DNA of 64,000 nt from contig CAYIBX010000001.1 of NCBI GenBank assembly GCA_964361785.1, positions 5,857 to 69,856 on the forward strand, in the 5' to 3' direction. Position numbers and translations under genes: made by a program. The stretch is from an uncultured Gammaproteobacteria bacterium. GTDB lineage: Bacteria > Patescibacteriota > Microgenomatia > UBA10105 > UBA927. The notes under the pieces are model-generated. The model was not told the DNA's origin, searched no databases, and was given only the letters and a program-made list of their open reading frames with translations. This document shows, piece by piece, positions 61,106 through 64,000 of this stretch (positions are counted from its first letter, which is position 1; each line of letters begins with the position of its first letter).

Positions 61106-61972
61106 ATGGATTTATCAATTATTATCGTTAGTTATAATACAGTGAAGTTGACACACGATTGTGTTGCATCTTTGTATCGGAGCCTTGATCACGCTGCATT
61201 TAAATTTGAAATTATCGTCGTTGACAACGTATCTACCGATGGAACGCGACAAATGATTGGTAAAAAGTTTCCGAAAGTGAGGCTCATCAATAACCGTGAG
61301 AATGTTGGATTTGGGAGAGCGAATAATCAAGGAATACGTGCGTCAAAAGGGGAGTATATCCTTCTTCTAAATTCTGATACTGTCGTACTTAATTCGTCCA
61401 TTGGTAAGCTTTACTCGTTTGCCAAACAGCATACCAATGCATTTGTCGGTGGGAAGTTGCTGAATGCTGACAGAAGTCCTCAAACTTCGTGTGGGCCATT
61501 TTTTAGTTTGCCTGTTGTATTTGCTTCGTTATTTCTTAAAAGTGACATACTCGGGATTACGCGTTGGTCACCAGAGCGCACCAGAAAGGTAGACTGGGTA
61601 TCAGGCGCGTGTATGATAGCACCTAAAAAACTGTTTATGAACGATTTGCTGTTTGATGAACAAATCTTTATGTATATGGAGGAGATAGATCTTTTGTATC
61701 GGGCTAGAAAAAAAGGATACTCGACGTATTTTTACCATCGAGCGCTCATTGTTCATCTTGGGGCAGGAAGCTCACAAAATAAGAGAAAAGGGCCAGTGTT
61801 AAATATTTATCGCGGATTATTAACGTTTTATGGTAAATATAAGCCTGAGTGGCAGCTTTCACTGTTGAAAACTTTGTTAAAAACTAAAGCACTTATTGCT
61901 ATCTTGATCTCTGTTATGATGGGAAGAGCGCAGCTTAAAGAAACGTATGCAGAAGCTTACAAACTGGTGTAA
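61106..61972 (+). CDS. Family 2 glycosyltransferase
   Basis: 'LSIIIVSYNTVKLTHDC...IIVVDNVSTDGT'. Confidence 0.8.
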   Translation: MDLSIIIVSYNTVKLTHDCVASLYRSLDHAAFKFEIIVVDNVSTDGTRQMIGKKFPKVRLINNRENVGFGRANNQGIRASKGEYILLLNSDTVVLNSSIGKLYSFAKQHTNAFVGGKLLNADRSPQTSCGPFFSLPVVFASLFLKSDILGITRWSPERTRKVDWVSGACMIAPKKLFMNDLLFDEQIFMYMEEIDLLYRARKKGYSTYFYHRALIVHLGAGSSQNKRKGPVLNIYRGLLTFYGKYKPEWQLSLLKTLLKTKALIAILISVMMGRAQLKETYAEAYKLV

Positions 61973-64000
61973 AAATAAGTGGTTACTGCTCTCCACCTGT
62001 TTTTTGTTGGTGTTTATACCGCTTTATCCTAAATTGCCACTTCTTGACGTGGTGCAAACATGGGTTTATATTCGATTGGAAGATTTTTTGGTGGCTATTG
62101 TTTTAAGTGCCGTAGGACTATTGGCATGGAAGCGAAAAATAGACCTCAACACTCCGCTTACCATACCGATTATTATCTATTGGATGGTCGGATTATTATC
62201 ACTATTTGTTGCGATGATTTTTGTCCGAAATCCAGATTTTATTCCACATTTAGCGTTTTTGCATCTTTTTCGCAGAGTAGAGTATATGGGCATGTTTTTT
62301 GTCGGATACTATGCAGTGCGCAGGAATCCCAAAGCATTGTCTATGTTTTTATGGTCACTTACTATAGCAACGACGATTGTGATTATATATGGTATTGGTC
62401 AGAAATTTAGCGGCTGGCCGGCATTCCTTACCATGAATGAAGAGTTTGCCAAAGGGGTGCCGTTACGACTCCCGCCCACAGCCCGTATAGCATCGACCTT
62501 TGGAGGACATTACGATTTGGCCGCGTATTTAGTGCTTCTGATTCCTCTATTTGGAAGTTTTGTGTTTTCTCTAAAAAAGATCTGGCAAAAGCTTGTCATG
62601 CTTCTGGTAGCCACTGGGTCATTGATACTCCTTCTTTTTACGGCGTCGCGTGTGTCATTTGGCGTGTATTTGGTTTCCATAGTTACTATGTTGTGGTGGA
62701 AAAATAAAAAGATTTGGATTATCCCAGTAGTTGTGGTGAGTATGCTTCTTTTGAATTCTGTATCAACTGCATCTGATCGTTTTTATAAAACAATTCGATT
62801 TTCAGATGTGATCATCGATCTTTCTACTGGTCAGCCTATAGGTACACTAGAGAGTATAAATGGAGCAAATGCTGTGGTAAGTACCCAAGAAAAGCCTGAC
62901 GTGGAGTCGTTACCTACAGGAAGTGGATTTATCAGTGCACCTGCAGTCGCTTCGAAGCCTACAAAGACGTTTAAAACCATAGAAATGTTTGTAAGCACTC
63001 CACTCTCTACAGGATCAGGTGAGATCGCCACAGTATCTGGAAATTTTTTGATCCAAAAAGCATTTGTCTATGACATATCGTTTACTACAAGACTTCAGGG
63101 TCAGTGGCCGAAAGCCATGAATGCGTTTAAGAGAAATATGTTTTTAGGCAGTGGTTACTCAAGCCTCTCTGTCGCGGCAGATTCAGATTATATGCGCATG
63201 CTTGGCGAAACGGGTGTTATTGGTGCGATTGCTTTCTTGGGCATATTTGTAACACTTTTTTTCTTGTATAGGAAACAAAGACCATTTCTTTCTCCCCATG
63301 AAGATGCCTTTGTGACAGGCTTGTCTGCGGGTATCGTAGGGTTATTTTTGAACGCGACACTTATAGATGTGTTTGAAGCATCAAAAGTAGCCTTTACACT
63401 GTGGCCCCTCATTGGTGCGATGGTCGCCGTTTTATCAGTTCGGCCGTGGCGCGAGTCATATCCTAAGCTCCTTATATCTGTCTTTACCAGTCAATTTGCC
63501 ATAATTGTGTATATCGTATGTGCGGTGTTTTTGACATTTAGAGAAAGTATCAATCTCTATTTTGTCGGAGATGATTTCACTTGGCTCAAGTGGGCTGCGT
63601 CTACGACCATGTCTGATTTGCCGAAGTTTTTTGTCGACGCGAGTGGATTTTTTTATAGACCTATAGCAAAAATTGTATATTTTGTCCTCTACAGCCTGTT
63701 TTGGTTAAAGCCGTGGGGATATCATATGGTGCTTATAGGATTTTTTGCGATCATTGCTATCTTTGTGTATCTATTGCAGCGAGGGATGCGCATACGCAAA
63801 AGCATAGCGTTTACAACCACAATGTTATTTGTTGTTTTGTCAGTTCATCATGAAAATGTCGTGTGGATTTCTGGGCTAAGTAGTGTACTTTCTACTATGT
63901 TTCTTGTGATTTCGCTTTGGGCGTGTATGAAGCTAGTAAAGGATCGTAAAGCAATTGGGTTGCAGATTATCTCCGTTTCGTTTCTTTCCCTGTTGTCAGC
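61947..64000 (+). CDS. O-antigen ligase/polymerase-family (Wzy_C-like) polytopic membrane protein, 3'-partial, missing from the ORF track
   Basis: My own translation from the ATG at 61947 shows no stop through position 64000. It reads MQKLTNWCKNKWLLLSTCFLLVFIPLY... and contains 'GSGYSSLSVAADSDYMRMLGETGVIGAIAF', which is an O-antigen-ligase-like loop. It has more than 12 TM segments. Confidence 0.6.
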   Translation, partial: MQKLTNWCKNKWLLLSTCFLLVFIPLYPKLPLLDVVQTWVYIRLEDFLVAIVLSAVGLLAWKRKIDLNTPLTIPIIIYWMVGLLSLFVAMIFVRNPDFIPHLAFLHLFRRVEYMGMFFVGYYAVRRNPKALSMFLWSLTIATTIVIIYGIGQKFSGWPAFLTMNEEFAKGVPLRLPPTARIASTFGGHYDLAAYLVLLIPLFGSFVFSLKKIWQKLVMLLVATGSLILLLFTASRVSFGVYLVSIVTMLWWKNKKIWIIPVVVVSMLLLNSVSTASDRFYKTIRFSDVIIDLSTGQPIGTLESINGANAVVSTQEKPDVESLPTGSGFISAPAVASKPTKTFKTIEMFVSTPLSTGSGEIATVSGNFLIQKAFVYDISFTTRLQGQWPKAMNAFKRNMFLGSGYSSLSVAADSDYMRMLGETGVIGAIAFLGIFVTLFFLYRKQRPFLSPHEDAFVTGLSAGIVGLFLNATLIDVFEASKVAFTLWPLIGAMVAVLSVRPWRESYPKLLISVFTSQFAIIVYIVCAVFLTFRESINLYFVGDDFTWLKWAASTTMSDLPKFFVDASGFFYRPIAKIVYFVLYSLFWLKPWGYHMVLIGFFAIIAIFVYLLQRGMRIRKSIAFTTTMLFVVLSVHHENVVWISGLSSVLSTMFLVISLWACMKLVKDRKAIGLQIISVSFLSLLS

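Noticed and set aside
62831-63412. Minus-strand ORFs 62831..63031 and 63188..63412, and the many 60-170-aa antisense or alternate-frame ORFs inside long genes (e.g. 48503..49009, 49322..49786, 59363..59896)
   Set aside because: They lie entirely within long, motif-bearing + strand genes. They have no homology signatures and show odd composition.
1-64000. Possibility that TGA is a sense codon (code 4/25), suggested by the in-frame TGA at 54999
   Set aside because: Many well-formed genes terminate at TGA with immediate ATGA overlaps into the next gene, for example 4367..6010 into 6007, 15590..16342 into 16339, and 45626..45973 into 45970. Protein lengths are family-typical. Standard code 11 fits.
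1-64000. tRNA/rRNA/ncRNA genes
   Set aside because: Intergenic space is minimal and none of the few gaps shows tRNA-like cloverleaf segments or rRNA-like conservation that I can recognise by eye.

Overview
This is a low-GC, gene-dense bacterial segment, about 38-40% GC by eye. Almost every gene is on the + strand and many start/stop codons overlap in ATGA fashion. The window is essentially one very large surface-glycan / glycoconjugate biosynthesis island. It carries at least ten polytopic GT-C-type membrane glycosyltransferase-like proteins: three tandem GT39 (PMT/ArnT-like) paralogs, two mid-size YfhO-like paralogs, and a trio of giant paralogs of 663/842/1202 aa interleaved with duplicated tiny membrane proteins. 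It also carries about a dozen GT2/GT4 glycosyltransferases, a Wzx-like flippase, an O-antigen-ligase-like gene that runs off the 3' end and is absent from the ORF track, and nine SDR epimerase/dehydratases. Three deoxysugar modules are present. The first is a CDP-hexose module with RfbF x2, an RfbG-like gene and RfbH. The second is a ColD-like/Fcl-like 3-dehydratase/synthase pair. The third is a ThDP enzyme plus 2-hydroxyacid dehydrogenase plus FkbM methyltransferases, suggesting a branched/methylated dideoxyhexose. The only clearly accessory patch, about 54.6-56.6 kb, shows an MNT/HepT toxin-antitoxin cassette inserted into the 5' end of a UDP-xylose synthase gene and flanked by ~74-bp direct repeats. 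It also holds a decayed DUF4325-like gene, a gene interrupted by an in-frame TGA, and an 11-mer triple repeat. A GC-rich ~45-65 nt module recurs inside two unrelated coding regions. TGA is used as a normal stop throughout, so the genetic code is standard. No rRNA, tRNA or CRISPR array was recognised. The taxonomic guess, small-genome low-GC bacterium possibly CPR/Patescibacteria-like, is inference only.
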